Numbered from the stretch's first letter, positions 32,612 through 45,321 are shown. The stretch: DNA of 64,000 nt from an uncultured virus (IMG/VR IMGVR_UViG_3300033075_001676) (IMGVR_UViG_3300033075_001676); one strand, 5' to 3'. A program made the numbers and translations. Notes: generated by a model not told the origin, from the sequence alone.

Positions 32612-35437
32612 ATTTACTAAGTATTCATATCCTGCTATCCCTTTTAGATGTTATATTTATGAATGTAGATCCTGGAGTCCTGAGACGGTAGCTGCTGAGT
32701 TAATGTTACATAAGCCAGAAAATTATTGGTACATAAGTGATTATAAACACCGAAGTTATTTTCATAGTTTTCCAATGAAAGATAAAGTCTTATTAGAATA
32801 CTACCATAGTTTATTTATAAATTAATGAATTACCCTTTAACTGGTTGTTTATACTATAATAGAAGTAAATTTTATTTCGATAAGTATAGTAGACCAAATT
32901 GTTGGAAAATGTATAAAAAACCTTCAAGATTTTCTATGAATGATTCTTTAGAAATTAAGTCAACTTTTAATATAAAGCTTACTTTTGGGTTTACTCCTTT
33001 TTTAACAATCAACTGTATTAAAAGAGATTTAGTTAGTTGCCATAGATATGACTTACGAGATTTTCTAAAAGATGAATAGCTACACTCTTAAGAAGTTTGA
33101 TTGTATTAAAGAAGGTAGATATAGAAGGATAAAATCTATAGTTAACTTTCATAATCAAAGAGAAGAGTATTATGGTTATTTAGAATTTGATTTGCAGAAA
33201 TTTGAGTATTATAAGACTTTAAATAAAACTAGTGTTTATTTTTGGACCTTAAATATAAATTCAAGTTGGAATTATGATCTTGATACTTATACTCTTTTTC
33301 ATCTAAGAGGAGTTAGACAGTTTTTAGATGTATAAATTAAGTAAATTTGAACAATATAAGCTTACTGGAGTTACTACTATTCCAATTGTAGCAAAAGATG
33401 GAGTAACTCTTACTTATATAAAATATACATACTGGAATATTGCCCAACACAATTGATTTTTAATTCATGGTGCACTGAGTCATAATATAGTTTGCCTTGA
33501 TAATTTTGAACTTCTGAAGGACTTTTATAAAACAAAATGGAACAAACATTAACTGAACCTAAGGTAATTTTTAAACATATTACCACAATCAATAAACTTA
33601 ACACTGTAGCAGATCTAGATGCTGAAAGGGAATTCTTATATGCAGCAGGTTATACCTTAAAAGCTAACATTCAACAGTTCTTGGACGAACAGTGGACTAA
33701 AGATCCAGATGTAGTTGTTAAAGATCTGTTAAATTGCCATCAAGTAAATGCAGGCTTAATTGGGCTTGCAGAAGCCCTAGAGGAGCGAGCAATTTTCATC
33801 TACTACAAAACTTATACTGAGGTGGCTGAAGGAGCTAAGAAGGTTGCTCAAGGGGATAAAAAGGTATATGCAGAGGGTGATGCTTCTGATCTAAAAGGAT
33901 TAAAGAGAGATTTTGAAGAGTCTCAAAGAAATTTATGGGAGAGAATTCAATTCTTTAAATCTACTAGAAGATAAATGCTTAAAGGTAAATATACTTTTTT
34001 ACCTCTTAACCCATATAATGAAGCTATTTATTGTGTTAAAAAAATAGTACACACTTTTAGTTTATATCCAGAGCAGCGTACTTGCGATATATTAGAGTTT
34101 AGGGGTGGATCTGATTGGGGAGAGATAGGATTTACTTGGTATGATCCTATCTTTTCATATTATAATAAAGAAGTTGACTTTTCTAAAAACTTTGCTTATT
34201 ACACTAGTGAATTAAGTTTTATCCACCAGTTTTAGATATATAATGTATACCTGTACTTCAAATATTTGGGAAGATAGAGCTATAGGATATTCTATTAGAA
34301 ATAATTCTAATGATACCTATCTTGGACTAGGTTTTAAGCCTCAAGAAAGTATGTACTTAGACTTAACTGAAGGCTTTATAAATTGTCAAGGTTCAATTTG
34401 GTTAGCAAAGTTTAATTTTAAAGATAGGAACAGTCTTTTTGATGGAGGCTGGTATCATAATGGACCTAGTATAGTTCAATATAGAACATATCTTTTAGGG
34501 AGATTTTTAAATGTTCAATAGATATTTTTTAGTAAAATCTGATGAGCCAGATTATTATGGTCAATATCAGCTCCATCGAAGATTTTATGATAAACCAAAC
34601 AGAAGAAATACTAATGCTATAGACTCTTCACGTATAGCTTTTTTTAGTCCGAATCAAGAAGAATATTCAGAATATGAACATGGTATTTATATTGCAGGTG
34701 ATAATTATGAAAAATATGATGACTGGACTTCTTATTATACTTTAAATTATCTGAACAAATATTATTATTATGAATTTAACAAGGAATGGTTTGGAGCATA
34801 CCTGAAATTTACATATCACTTAAATGATTAATTCTAGTTATAAATTTATAAAAAATGAAGAGAGCGAAATTATGTATAGTGGAGTGTATTTGATAAGTAG
34901 AGTACTTATAAATCTTCAAAATGATTATGTAGCAGAATCTTCACTATCGTTCTTTGATGATTATGTAGCAGAATCTTCACTATCGTTCTTTGATGATAAT
35001 ATTCATAACAACCATACTCCTGGAATTTATTTTCTTGAAGATGGTTATGAGCCTTGTAATTATTATTCTTGGTACCCTACTTTAAAGACCTATCATTACC
35101 GAGATGAGGGTGTACTTTTTCAAGAGTTATTAAAATTTGCTTTTAAATTATATTGAAGATGAGTTCTTTTCTTTCGATTGTTAAGGTAGACCAGAACTAT
35201 TATTGGCATCCAGATTATTATAATTCGGATAAGGCTCTTAATGACTATTATAAGGTTTTAGAGTGTTATATAACACTAGATAGGGAAGACTATTACTGGG
35301 ACTACTTTACTCTCGTTACACCTGCTGAACATCATTATGAAAAATTTTTTTCATTTGAAAAAAAGCAAAGCTTCCATACTCTAATATTAAAAGACTCTTT
35401 AACGATAACTAAGATGATAAAAGAATTTATACAATGA
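32565..35437 (+). CDS. Small hypothetical ORF arrays plus helical protein 33537..33974
   Basis: ORF track; 34511 and 34824 share the FF...GIY...YE pattern. Confidence 0.6.
33328..33552 (+). pseudogene. Small ORF interrupted by an in-frame TGA (33454-33456)
   Basis: MYKLSKF...QHN*FLIHG...LLKDFYKTKWNKH*. Confidence 0.55.
34921..34997 (+). repeat. Perfect 36-bp in-frame tandem duplication
   Basis: ATGATTATGTAGCAGAATCTTCACTATCGTTCTTTG twice (DYVAESSLSFFD twice). Confidence 0.95.
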
Positions 35438-36057
35438 AAATATATACTAAAAATGGAGATAAGGGCCTAACTAGTCTTTACGGATCAAGCAATGTAAGTA
35501 AAGCAGCACATGAGTTTGTAATTATTGGCCATATTGATAAGCTTAATGCTGTGGTTGGTTTGGTAATTAGTCAAATTCAAGCAGACTATCTTAGAGAAGA
35601 AGATGAAAATTATGATGCTGAAGCAGAAGCTCTGGTTAATGCTTTAATTCAAACTCAATATGAACTATTCTGTGTTGGAGCTGAACTGGGAACAGCTTAT
35701 AAATTTACTAAGACTGGAAAAAATGTTTTTATTTCTGAAAGTGAAATTTTAGATATTGAAAAATCAATTGATGAATATTCAAAAGATTTACCAGAATTAA
35801 AGAATTTTATTTTACCAGGAGGACATTTAGTATCTAGTAATTTACATCTATGTAGAGCTATCTGCAGAGATGCAGAAAGAGAGATTTGTTGGGGTCTTCA
35901 AGAACTTACTAAAAATCCATATATCAAAGATGAGATGGTAAATATTAGACCAGTCTTGATCAAGTATTTTAATAGATTATCAGATTGGTTTTTTACAGTT
36001 GCTAGATTTTATAATTATTTAACTGAAACTCCTGAAGAGCTTTGGGTGGCTCCTTAA
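35434..36057 (+). CDS. pduO: PduO-type ATP:cob(I)alamin adenosyltransferase
   Basis: KIYTKNGDKGLTSL, FILPGG, RAICRDAER, NRLSDWFF. Confidence 0.92.
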   Translation: MKIYTKNGDKGLTSLYGSSNVSKAAHEFVIIGHIDKLNAVVGLVISQIQADYLREEDENYDAEAEALVNALIQTQYELFCVGAELGTAYKFTKTGKNVFISESEILDIEKSIDEYSKDLPELKNFILPGGHLVSSNLHLCRAICRDAEREICWGLQELTKNPYIKDEMVNIRPVLIKYFNRLSDWFFTVARFYNYLTETPEELWVAP

Positions 36058-37154
36058 TGATTAAGGGAATTGACTATTTAAATCTAATCCAACCTACTTT
36101 TAAAGTTTTTAATTATAAAGATCAAAATGAAAGATGGAGCTATAGTAAAGGATCAAGACCTTTTATGTTGACTTTTAAAAAATGGAAAGATAAATCTAGT
36201 AGTTATACATATTTAATTTCTCAAGATATTCATCAACATAAATTTGGGATTGATGATTCTTTCTTTGCGGAGAGATTTTATAGTGGAGATACTGTATGGA
36301 ATAATAGAGAAGTTTTTGCAATGTTATATGGGTTCATTCAAAAACATCCTGTTGAAATTCCTTTTACACCTAATCTAAAAGATCAAAAAGACTTAATTAC
36401 TTATTTAGCTAGAAAATGATATATCAACTAAAAGAATTTAAACCTTTAGATGCTAAATTTTGTTATCTTCACAATGGGAGTCAAAAAAATCATCCATTTA
36501 TAAGTTTTAAAGATCCATTTGCTAAGAAGACTCATCTAATAAATAGATTAAATTATCAATTTAATTTAGTTAATACTCCTTGGAACAGTATTAAATTTAT
36601 AGAATGTTTATACTTAGAATCTTTAAATAATCCATGGTATAGAAAAGTATATCAAAATTATTTTCATGTAGCTAAAGTAGGAGTCTATTATACTAATGAA
36701 GTTGGAGAGAATAATATTATAAAAGCAATTAAGATTTTAAATTATGAAACTTAAAGAAATTACAATTACAGATGGAAAATACGTTATTCCTACTTCTATT
36801 GTTAGAACCTGGAATAGAGGTTCTATGAGTGGTAGTGGGTATTATTCTGGATACTATACTTCTAAAAAAGTTGCAGACTCTAGAAGAGCTTACTTCTGTT
36901 TTACTTTACCAGATAAAGTGAAAGTTTCTTATACAATGAATATGGGTATTTATGGGAATACCATGCATAGTTTTAGATTTGAGATTGGAAGGTCTAAAAG
37001 GATTCATACTTCTGGATTAAGTTATTATTGGAATAGAAGTTTAAATCCATTGAAGTTTAAAAATACTCCTATTTTAGATCCCGTTACCCAAACTATTACT
37101 AATAAAGAGCCTCTTGAAGCTATCCTGAAGAGTTTATCTAAGTATGCTAACTGA
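36042..37154 (+). CDS. Three aromatic-rich hypothetical ORFs
   Basis: ORF track. Confidence 0.6.
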
Positions 37155-37530
37155 TTGGGAGTTAGCTGAGAAGCAGGTTAAAGTTCTAACTGGTGGAAGA
37201 TTTACGCCAGCTTCTGGAGCCAAAAAAGAAAAAGGTGATGTAAAAGCTGAAGGCTATATGTTGGAGGTTAAACAGACTTCTAAAAAGCTTTTAAATTTTC
37301 AACATTTATGGCTAGAAAAATTAGAAAGATATAAAAATCAGTTTGATTTAGCTATTGTAATCTTTTTTGAATTAAGGGGCTATGTATACTATTATCAGGG
37401 TGTAGCTGAAGGCTCTGATTGGAGTACTAGAAGTTTGAAAGAAGAAGAACTACCTGATCAAATTTTAAGTAAAAATGGATTATGGGTTTTAGAACCTATC
37501 TCAACTTTGAGTCAATTAAAAGATGGCTAA
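37144..37530 (+). CDS. PD-(D/E)xK nuclease, Holliday junction resolvase-like
   Basis: E...SGA...KGDV...LEVK. Confidence 0.75.
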   Translation: MLTDWELAEKQVKVLTGGRFTPASGAKKEKGDVKAEGYMLEVKQTSKKLLNFQHLWLEKLERYKNQFDLAIVIFFELRGYVYYYQGVAEGSDWSTRSLKEEELPDQILSKNGLWVLEPISTLSQLKDG

Positions 37531-39067
37531 CTATTTTGCAACTAATACTACAATTATCTATCGAGATAGATATCCAGATATTAGATCTCAACCGCTTTTA
37601 GGTATTCATATAATTAACAAATTTAACTATTTTAAATTATCTATATTTAAATCCAGATACAATGGTGTTTTTGAGTTTGGGGTAAGTGATCCATACAGTC
37701 ATTGGTGTTTCTTTGAACCTCAAGCCCAATATCAAGAACCAAATTTTGAAATTATATCTTCGGAGTTTTTAAATAAATGAATCAGTATTTATTTCTACAA
37801 TCGGGATATTATGTTGACTTTAATGACAGCCTTAATCTTGAAAAATATGCCCACTCTTCTGGGGGCTCGTTCTTGTATATTTATAATTTAACTAATAAAA
37901 TTGGGTTTTGTGTTCTATCAGATTTTGACACTCCTAAATTTTATTTTAATAGTGTTAAATACGGAGTTAAGAGAGACCTTAAAATTTCAGATCTATATAA
38001 AAATAAAAATTCTTTTGAGCAATTTTTAAGAAATGGCTAAGTATTATTTTCTACCGTGGGGATATGAACCATCTCCTATAACAGCTATACTTCGGGTAAA
38101 TGAAAAAACTGGTTTGGCTTATTATAAATCAGATAATAATCAATGTTTTGTAGTCCATATACCAACTGCTTATAGTCTTAATATGTATATGAGTGGTTCT
38201 CCAAATTGGGGTTGGTCTGAGGCTATATATTTTTCACCTTCTGGTAGTGAAGGTTTTGAGGATGATTTAATCAAACAATTTTTAGCATGAAACATCTTTG
38301 GCTACCTTTTGCGATTAGATATTCTGGTTTTCAACATAAATATGTCCAGCACGGAAACGTTCCGTTTAATATCTTTAATCCTTCTACAAAAATTAGCTTT
38401 TGTATGGCGATACAACCTGAAAATGAGTTTATAGCAATACAAGATACTAAAATTGGAGACTGGCATTATTATTGTACAAAAAAGATTAGTTATGAGCCTA
38501 ACATTACTAAGAAACTTTTACTGAGCTATCTTACTTTATGAATAAATATTATTTTTTTTTACCCTTTGGATTAGAGTATGGAACAACAGATTTGAAGATA
38601 CTTCAAAATGAATTAGTAGGCCTATCTATTACTAAGCCAGCATATAGCCAGTATTTAGTTATTCATCATACTTTAAGTTATCCAGTATTTATTTCTAACC
38701 CTGAGACTCAATGTTATACTAAAAAATTTTATTTTATTGAACCTTCTCTAGACTATAGTTGGCTTAAAGATAGTACTAAACAATTATATCGGGAATTCTT
38801 AAAATGAATTATACCTATCTTAATAGTCATTATTATATTGGTAGACTTAGTCGGAATACTTCAGTTTCATATATAGATAGTAGAATTTCTCTTTGTTATA
38901 TTTTTAATCATACTACTAGGATAGGGTTCTGTTGGTTTCCTTGGGAGTCTGGAACTAATTTTTACTTTAATAGTGCTAAACATGGAATTCATAATATGAT
39001 TGGAGTAGAAGAATTAAAAGCACTACCCTATAAAAAATTACATGAGGAATTTTTGGGCCTATGTTAG
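37523..39067 (+). CDS. Array of six 84-89 aa paralogous ORFs
   Basis: YI(Y/F)NxTxxIGFC...FYFNS shared by 37777 and 38804; LP(W/F) start shared by 38033, 38287 and 38538. Confidence 0.7.
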
Positions 39068-40116
39068 AAAATTATTTAGCTAAACTGATAGATTTATTCG
39101 GGGCTCCAATTCAAGACTTTGGTGAAGAAGTAAAATTTGTATGTCCGGAATGTTCTAAGAAAGCTTTATTTTGTAACATTAATAAAGGTCTCTGTCATTG
39201 TTTTGTATGTGATTACAGTACTTTTGTAAAATTGGATAATGTTATTACAGTTCCTGAAGTGGAAATTGATCCTAAATTACAACTTAAAGTTACTCAAAAA
39301 ATAGTAGATCTTTTTACTTTAGATAGTACGCATAGAGAGTATTTAAAGAAGAGAGGTATTTTTAATCCCGAGAAATACAAACTAAGTACCGTACCATTTC
39401 AGGCTCATAAAATCTTAAGTCAATATTTCACCAATGAAGAGCTATTAAAGTCTGGTTATTGTGTAATGCGGGAACAACTTCAACCTAGATCTGTGTTGAA
39501 TTGTAGAAGAATTATAATTCCTTATTGGAATAAAGATAAAATCTTAACTTTAAAATCTAGAATTAATCCTTTTGAAATTGAAGAAGATTTTAAACCAAGA
39601 TTTGCTTCACCAAAACATAGTCAAGTTGGAAGTTTAGTTTGGTACCAAAACATTAAAGATGAGGTTATAATTACTGAAGGGGAATTAAAAGCAATAGGAG
39701 CTATTGAGGCTGGATATTGTGCAGTTGGGCTTTCTGGAATTAATCCTGCTCCTAAAGCCCTAGATAAGTTAAAAAGGATTTTAAAAGATTGTTCTAAAAT
39801 TTATATTATTTTTGATACTGATCCAGAATTAGAAACTAATTTACAAGTAATTGAAAGTGCAGTTAAAATTCAAAGTATGTTTCTGAAGAGGAGTGTGATC
39901 ACATTTCTTCCCATTGGTGAAAATCAAAAAGTTGATCTAGATTCATATTTAGTAAATAATGAGCTTGAAGACTTTGATTATTTTCTAGCTGATTCTTGGA
40001 AAAATAAAGATAGACTTAATGAAAAATGGAAAACAATCTTAGGAAATTTAAAAAATCATGGAATTAAAAAAAATCCATTACCAAATGGCCAACAAGATTG
40101 CAAAAAAATTAAGTAG
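39061..40116 (+). CDS. DNA primase (zinc finger + TOPRIM)
   Basis: CPEC...CFVC, ITEGELKA, FDTD, DLD. Confidence 0.88.
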   Translation: MLENYLAKLIDLFGAPIQDFGEEVKFVCPECSKKALFCNINKGLCHCFVCDYSTFVKLDNVITVPEVEIDPKLQLKVTQKIVDLFTLDSTHREYLKKRGIFNPEKYKLSTVPFQAHKILSQYFTNEELLKSGYCVMREQLQPRSVLNCRRIIIPYWNKDKILTLKSRINPFEIEEDFKPRFASPKHSQVGSLVWYQNIKDEVIITEGELKAIGAIEAGYCAVGLSGINPAPKALDKLKRILKDCSKIYIIFDTDPELETNLQVIESAVKIQSMFLKRSVITFLPIGENQKVDLDSYLVNNELEDFDYFLADSWKNKDRLNEKWKTILGNLKNHGIKKNPLPNGQQDCKKIK

Positions 40117-40561
40117 AAATTATGATGATCAACAAGATATTGTTTCTAACTGTATTTTAAAATTATGGAAGTACTTAGATAAAAAAGGATATAGTCCTGG
40201 AATAGCCTATGAATATACTATAATGTATTCAGGTGGAATTGATTGGATTAGAAAACAAAAGAAATATAAGAAAATAAAAATAGTTGACCTTAATGAAGGA
40301 TTACAATATGGTAAGTTAGATATTGAAATTGAAAATATAGAATTATTTTCAGTGTTAGAGTCTTATAAAGAAGATATTGAAGACTATGATTTATTATTAG
40401 AATTACTTAAATTTGAAAATCCTAAGGATGTAGCTGAGCAAAGAAATAAGTCTGCAAATGCAGCAAGGGTGGAAATTCATAGAAAAAGAAAAAACTGGAA
40501 AGAAGTCTACGAAGAAATTAGTTCCGCAAATGGAACATCCAATTCTGAAAACAGTTTATGA
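40058..40561 (+). CDS. ECF-type sigma-70 family factor
   Basis: Region 2-like DIVSNCILKLW...IDWIRK; region 4-like KDVAEQRNKSANAARVEIHR. Confidence 0.7.
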   Translation: MELKKIHYQMANKIAKKLSRNYDDQQDIVSNCILKLWKYLDKKGYSPGIAYEYTIMYSGGIDWIRKQKKYKKIKIVDLNEGLQYGKLDIEIENIELFSVLESYKEDIEDYDLLLELLKFENPKDVAEQRNKSANAARVEIHRKRKNWKEVYEEISSANGTSNSENSL

Positions 40562-41444
40562 ACTGAATAAGGAGTATGCTTCAGAGCAGGATGCTATTGA
40601 TGCTCCCACTGACCCCCAGGAATTTTTAGATTGGTGGTGGACTACTAAAGCAAAAATTTGTGAAAGATGTATTTTATCTGAAAGAAGGACCACAGTTGTA
40701 AAACCAGATGGTTTAGCATCTGCAAAGATAATGGTTCTTGGGGAAGGCCCTGGAATGCTTGAAGATCTTTCAGCCATTCCAATGGTGGGACCTTTAGAGT
40801 TAAGAGGTTCAAGGTGCGGCCTATGTTCTAATTCTAAAGGCTGTTATAGCCATAAAATGTTGGCTGAACCAGATTCTAGATCTCAAAAAAATAAGGTTAT
40901 TAATTGTGAACCTAATTTTGTAGGTAAATTAACTATTAGAAATAATTTCTATCTGAGATCAGCAGGATCAATTGTTGATGGAATGCTTATAGATAAATAT
41001 AAATTTGCATATCCTAGACAAAATTGGATTAATTTTCATAATCAAAACAATCCTGATCAACCTTGGGAACATGAAAGTCCTTTCTTTTTTAGTAATTCTA
41101 CTCTTTGTAGAACTACTGATGCAACTGGATTAAAGGATCAACCACCTGATTCGGTACCAAGAAGAATGTGTAAGTATCATTTGGCTTACCAATATGCTGC
41201 TGTTCAGCCTAAAATTATTATTTGTTTAGGTAAAGTAATGCTTGGAGTTCTATTGGGAGCTGAATCAAAAGCTGATCTAGTCTCTGCAAATGAAATTGTT
41301 GATTCTAAATTTGGGCCAGTTATATTTAATTATCATCCAGCTGCTGCAATGCGAAATCCTAATAATGAATCAAAAGGTTTAGAATTTGCAAAATTAGTAT
41401 TAACTTTTGAAAAGGCTTTAGAATATGCAGGATATCAAATATAA
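40458..41444 (+). CDS. Uracil-DNA glycosylase, family 4-like
   Basis: CERCIL, GEGPG, NSTLCR, YHPAA; Cys-rich insertion. Confidence 0.85.
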   Translation: MQQGWKFIEKEKTGKKSTKKLVPQMEHPILKTVYELNKEYASEQDAIDAPTDPQEFLDWWWTTKAKICERCILSERRTTVVKPDGLASAKIMVLGEGPGMLEDLSAIPMVGPLELRGSRCGLCSNSKGCYSHKMLAEPDSRSQKNKVINCEPNFVGKLTIRNNFYLRSAGSIVDGMLIDKYKFAYPRQNWINFHNQNNPDQPWEHESPFFFSNSTLCRTTDATGLKDQPPDSVPRRMCKYHLAYQYAAVQPKIIICLGKVMLGVLLGAESKADLVSANEIVDSKFGPVIFNYHPAAAMRNPNNESKGLEFAKLVLTFEKALEYAGYQI

Positions 41445-43667
41445 TTCAATTTTCGTGTCTCATACTTATGCAGGAGCGTTGACTAAATTTAAATTTTCTG
41501 GGAGAGGAATGAATCTATATACTACTGAAGCTGGCTATAGAGTCGTAGCTCATTTAACTGGAGTAGCTATAACAGGTTGGCTAAAATGGTATGATGATCC
41601 ATATACTTGGAAAGATTTGAGATTTACAAGAAGACTTGATATTTTGAAGGAGATTGATAAATGGACTTAAAAGCAGCATACCTTATTAGAGAAAGAGATG
41701 TTTATGATTCACCTTCTATAAATATAAATTTGTTTACCTCAGACTATGGGAATTTTTCTTGGATCTTTAATGGGTGGAGCCATGTAGTTCATACAAATTC
41801 TTTTGTAAAATCTAATGGATTTATCTATAGTAGAGGTTTAAGACTTTATTGTACTTATTTCAATGAGTTCTATAAATTGGGTGATAGTGGTTTCGTAGAT
41901 GGAAGACTAAAAAAGAAAAGAAGATTTTTAAAAAATATTGAGAGTTGGTTATAATGGAATGGTTTGATATAAATAGAAGTAGTGTGCCTTCATCGGTAAG
42001 AAAGGGTGATCTAACAATCTATCCTAACCTTAATGATCCTTATAATTATTCTATTCTTCTGAGTGGAAGAATAAATTCTATAAATCTTAAGGAAAAATAT
42101 GATGAAATTAGTAAGCAGCTAGATCAATATGAAAATGAAGTAATAGAATATAAAACTATTTACGGTAAAAATAGAGCTTTTCTTGCTAAGAGTTCAAAAA
42201 GAAATATCTATTATTATGGTAAATATGCTGATCTTAGGATTTTCTTTTCAAAGAATGGATTTGCTCCTTTTGAGTTTAGTTTTGATCACTATATTCCAGA
42301 CAAATCTTATCGCTATTCTCCTAGTGAACATAGAAATATTACATATTCTAGCGCTTCTTATCCAAACTATAAGTCTTCAATTCATGTTACCAACACTTCT
42401 GCTTTAGCATTTAGAGGAAAGTTTAACCCTAAAAAGAAAGGTAAAAATATGAAGGCTTATAGAGAAGCTATAGAAAATTGGGACAAAGGTGAGTAGAGCT
42501 TATCTTAGAAGTCCCTATTGGGATAGATATTATAGGATAGTAAGTACCTATGATTTTAAGCCTAATCTATGTATTATTTTTTATAGACGTACAATAAATA
42601 TATCAGCTGGAGACTTTAGGTTTGGTTATTATCCCTTTTTGCAGGGAAATAAAGTATCCTTCTATAGAAAATCCCTATACACTGAGACTAGATTTAAAAG
42701 ATTTTTAAAGGTTAAATAATGGAAAGAATTACTAATAAATACGGAACTTATAAGGCTAATTATAGTAAAAAAAAGATTACTAGTTTTAGCCCTTTAAAAA
42801 AGTTAGTTTTTAGGTCTCAAGATGAATTGGATCTTTATTGTGATAATCTAAAAAAAGAGTATCAAGATAATTTACAAATTTTAGAAAAGTATAGGGTTAA
42901 TCCAACTAATAAAATCGTTTTATATAGATCATGGAATATTCGTCCTCAACTACGAATTAATCATGTTCTAAATGATTTAACAAATCTTGATTTGAATATT
43001 AAATTTTATCCTAAGCAGGATAAGACTATAAATAGATATGCTTTAAATGATAAAAGTGATCTTTTTGAAGTTATTTACAAAGCCGGTAACTTTTATTCTT
43101 CTAAGAATTACTATCATGGAACTTGGGATAATAGACACAACTGGAGAGATAAAGTACTCCTAGCCACAGAACAAAGAGTTAAGAAATTTGTAAATTTTGA
43201 TAAGGGAAAAAATAATGTTTAATTTTAATAAGACTATATTTTCTATGCCGTATGCAACTTATACTGCAGACTACACTAAAAGAACAATTATAGCCCAACC
43301 TAGGTTAGGAATAAAGTTTGAGCTAGCTGAGCAGTTTGAAGACTATGGAAAAGCTGCAGCGGCTGAATATGCTTTAGTGCTTAGTCAGTTTACTAAATTT
43401 TGTAGTACTATAAAAACTAAAGCAATGTTTAAGAGAACTAGAGTAGGTTTTAAAATTAAATTCTATACTCCGCAAGGTGAAGTCTTTAATTTTATGTGCA
43501 GTAAAGGACCTAAAAATTGTCTATTCCAGCACGATACTGGAAAATTTAAACCCTGGTGGGGTGATAAAGTTTATGATAAATTCTATCAATATAATTTTAA
43601 AACTCAAGAATCTAAACTTAAATACTACTCCGATAATCAAAAACAAACTATAAATTCATTCTTATGA
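41425..43667 (+). CDS. Array of aromatic/basic hypothetical ORFs
   Basis: 42719 and 43197 share YxTYxAxYxKxxI. Confidence 0.6.
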
Positions 43668-44290
43668 TTGTTAAATTAATTGGAATAGCAGGATATGCTA
43701 GACATGGTAAGGATTTTACTGCTGATCAGCTTGAGGCTGAGCTTATGGACAAAGGTAATGCTTTTAAAGTCCTTAGGTATGCATTTGCAGATGAATTAAG
43801 AAAAGAATGTGAACCTTTAATTCTACCCTACTATTCCAACTATAAAGAAGATTTAGAGAAGGAAGATGTTAGGCAAATTCATATTGCTTGGGGATTTATT
43901 CAAAGAAAGTATGCTGGAATAAATTATTGGATTGATAAAGTTCATGCTAAAATTAAAAGGGATTTAAAAGAGATTCACAAAGATTTTGATAAATCTAGTA
44001 CTAAATTACCTAAAGGAATAGTTTATGTTCTAATTACGGATGTTAGGGCTGAGAATGAGGTTAAATATATCCAGTCTAAAGGAAATGGTTTATTTGCAAA
44101 GTCTTGGTTAATAGGAATTAGAAAGAGTAAATTAACAATTAAAGAGAGATTTAAATTATTATTTAATTTAGTTCCGCCAGTTGAAAAAACTTTAAAATAT
44201 AATTTTAAAAAAATGGATAAAGTTTTTGTTAATGATCTTACTAGTGCATATAGGTTAAAATTATTAGATTGGGTACATGAAATAAAATGA
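43664..44290 (+). CDS. Deoxynucleoside monophosphate kinase-like
   Basis: GIAGYARHGKD, FADELR, YWID, ITDVR. Confidence 0.8.
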   Translation: MIVKLIGIAGYARHGKDFTADQLEAELMDKGNAFKVLRYAFADELRKECEPLILPYYSNYKEDLEKEDVRQIHIAWGFIQRKYAGINYWIDKVHAKIKRDLKEIHKDFDKSSTKLPKGIVYVLITDVRAENEVKYIQSKGNGLFAKSWLIGIRKSKLTIKERFKLLFNLVPPVEKTLKYNFKKMDKVFVNDLTSAYRLKLLDWVHEIK

Positions 44291-45321
44291 TTTTAAAGAC
44301 TCTTACCCTTGTTAATTTTAAAACTCATAAAAATACTACAATTGAGTTTGATAATGTTACTAGTTTTATTGGAACTAGTGATAGTGGTAAAACTAACATC
44401 ATCCGAGCACTGAAAATTTTATTGTTTAATGAAGACTTTCCAGCTAGTCAAATTAGATATGGTTGTTCAGAAAGTACTATTACAATTGAATTAGTTAATG
44501 GTAATAAGGTGTCTAGAACTAGAAATACTAAAGGTCAAACAGTTACTATTACTGAGAATGGGGTTACAACTTCTTATACTGGTAAGAATGATGTAAATTC
44601 TTTAGTTCAAAAAATAACTGGATTTAATAAACTACTTCTGGATCAAAATGATAGTCCTGAAAATTTGAACTTTATAGGTGTCCATGATGGACCCTATTTA
44701 TTAAATGCTGGATCTGCAACAGTTCAAAAGAAAATCTCTAGTTTATTGGGTATTAGTAAACTAGAAGATTTAAAAGGGATTATTCAAAAAGAAAAGAAAG
44801 CCACGGTAAAAGAAGAAGCTGAGGTTCAAAGAAAGCTTTTAAGTACCGTGGCTGAGCTTGGACTGCTGGAGACTAGACTTGATGTAGCAAACAATCTTTT
44901 TAAAGAGATAGAGCACATCCAAAAACAAAGGAATCAGTTTCAACAAGCATCGGAGAATATTAACAATTTTATCAAACAATTTGGAACCTCATATATATTG
45001 ACGGCTAATTTGAGTTCGTTATTACATGAATTGGTTAAAATTAAAGAATTATTTAGGTTCAAAATTGGGTTACTGAGTCAGGTTAAGGGGGTTAATGATC
45101 TACCAAAATTAAAGGTTATTAATATTAAAGGACTGTTAAATACTTGTTTTGTTTATCAAAATAATTTAAAAGTTTTGAAGTTGATTAAGGAATATAGTGA
45201 TTTGAAACCTACCAATAATTTAGAAGATTTAAAGAATACATTGAATAATCTAAAAGCAAAACAAAAAAAACTTTTAAAACAGAGAGGAGTCTGCCCAACT
45301 TGTGGAACTAGTACCAAATAA
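44287..45321 (+). CDS. Rad50/SbcC N-terminal half
   Basis: NFKTH, GTSDSGKT Walker A, coiled coil, terminal CPTC zinc hook. Confidence 0.85.
   Translation: MILKTLTLVNFKTHKNTTIEFDNVTSFIGTSDSGKTNIIRALKILLFNEDFPASQIRYGCSESTITIELVNGNKVSRTRNTKGQTVTITENGVTTSYTGKNDVNSLVQKITGFNKLLLDQNDSPENLNFIGVHDGPYLLNAGSATVQKKISSLLGISKLEDLKGIIQKEKKATVKEEAEVQRKLLSTVAELGLLETRLDVANNLFKEIEHIQKQRNQFQQASENINNFIKQFGTSYILTANLSSLLHELVKIKELFRFKIGLLSQVKGVNDLPKLKVINIKGLLNTCFVYQNNLKVLKLIKEYSDLKPTNNLEDLKNTLNNLKAKQKKLLKQRGVCPTCGTSTK

Noticed and set aside
34921..34997. CRISPR array (36-bp repeat)
   Set aside because: Two adjacent copies with no spacer, in frame in a CDS; no cas genes seen
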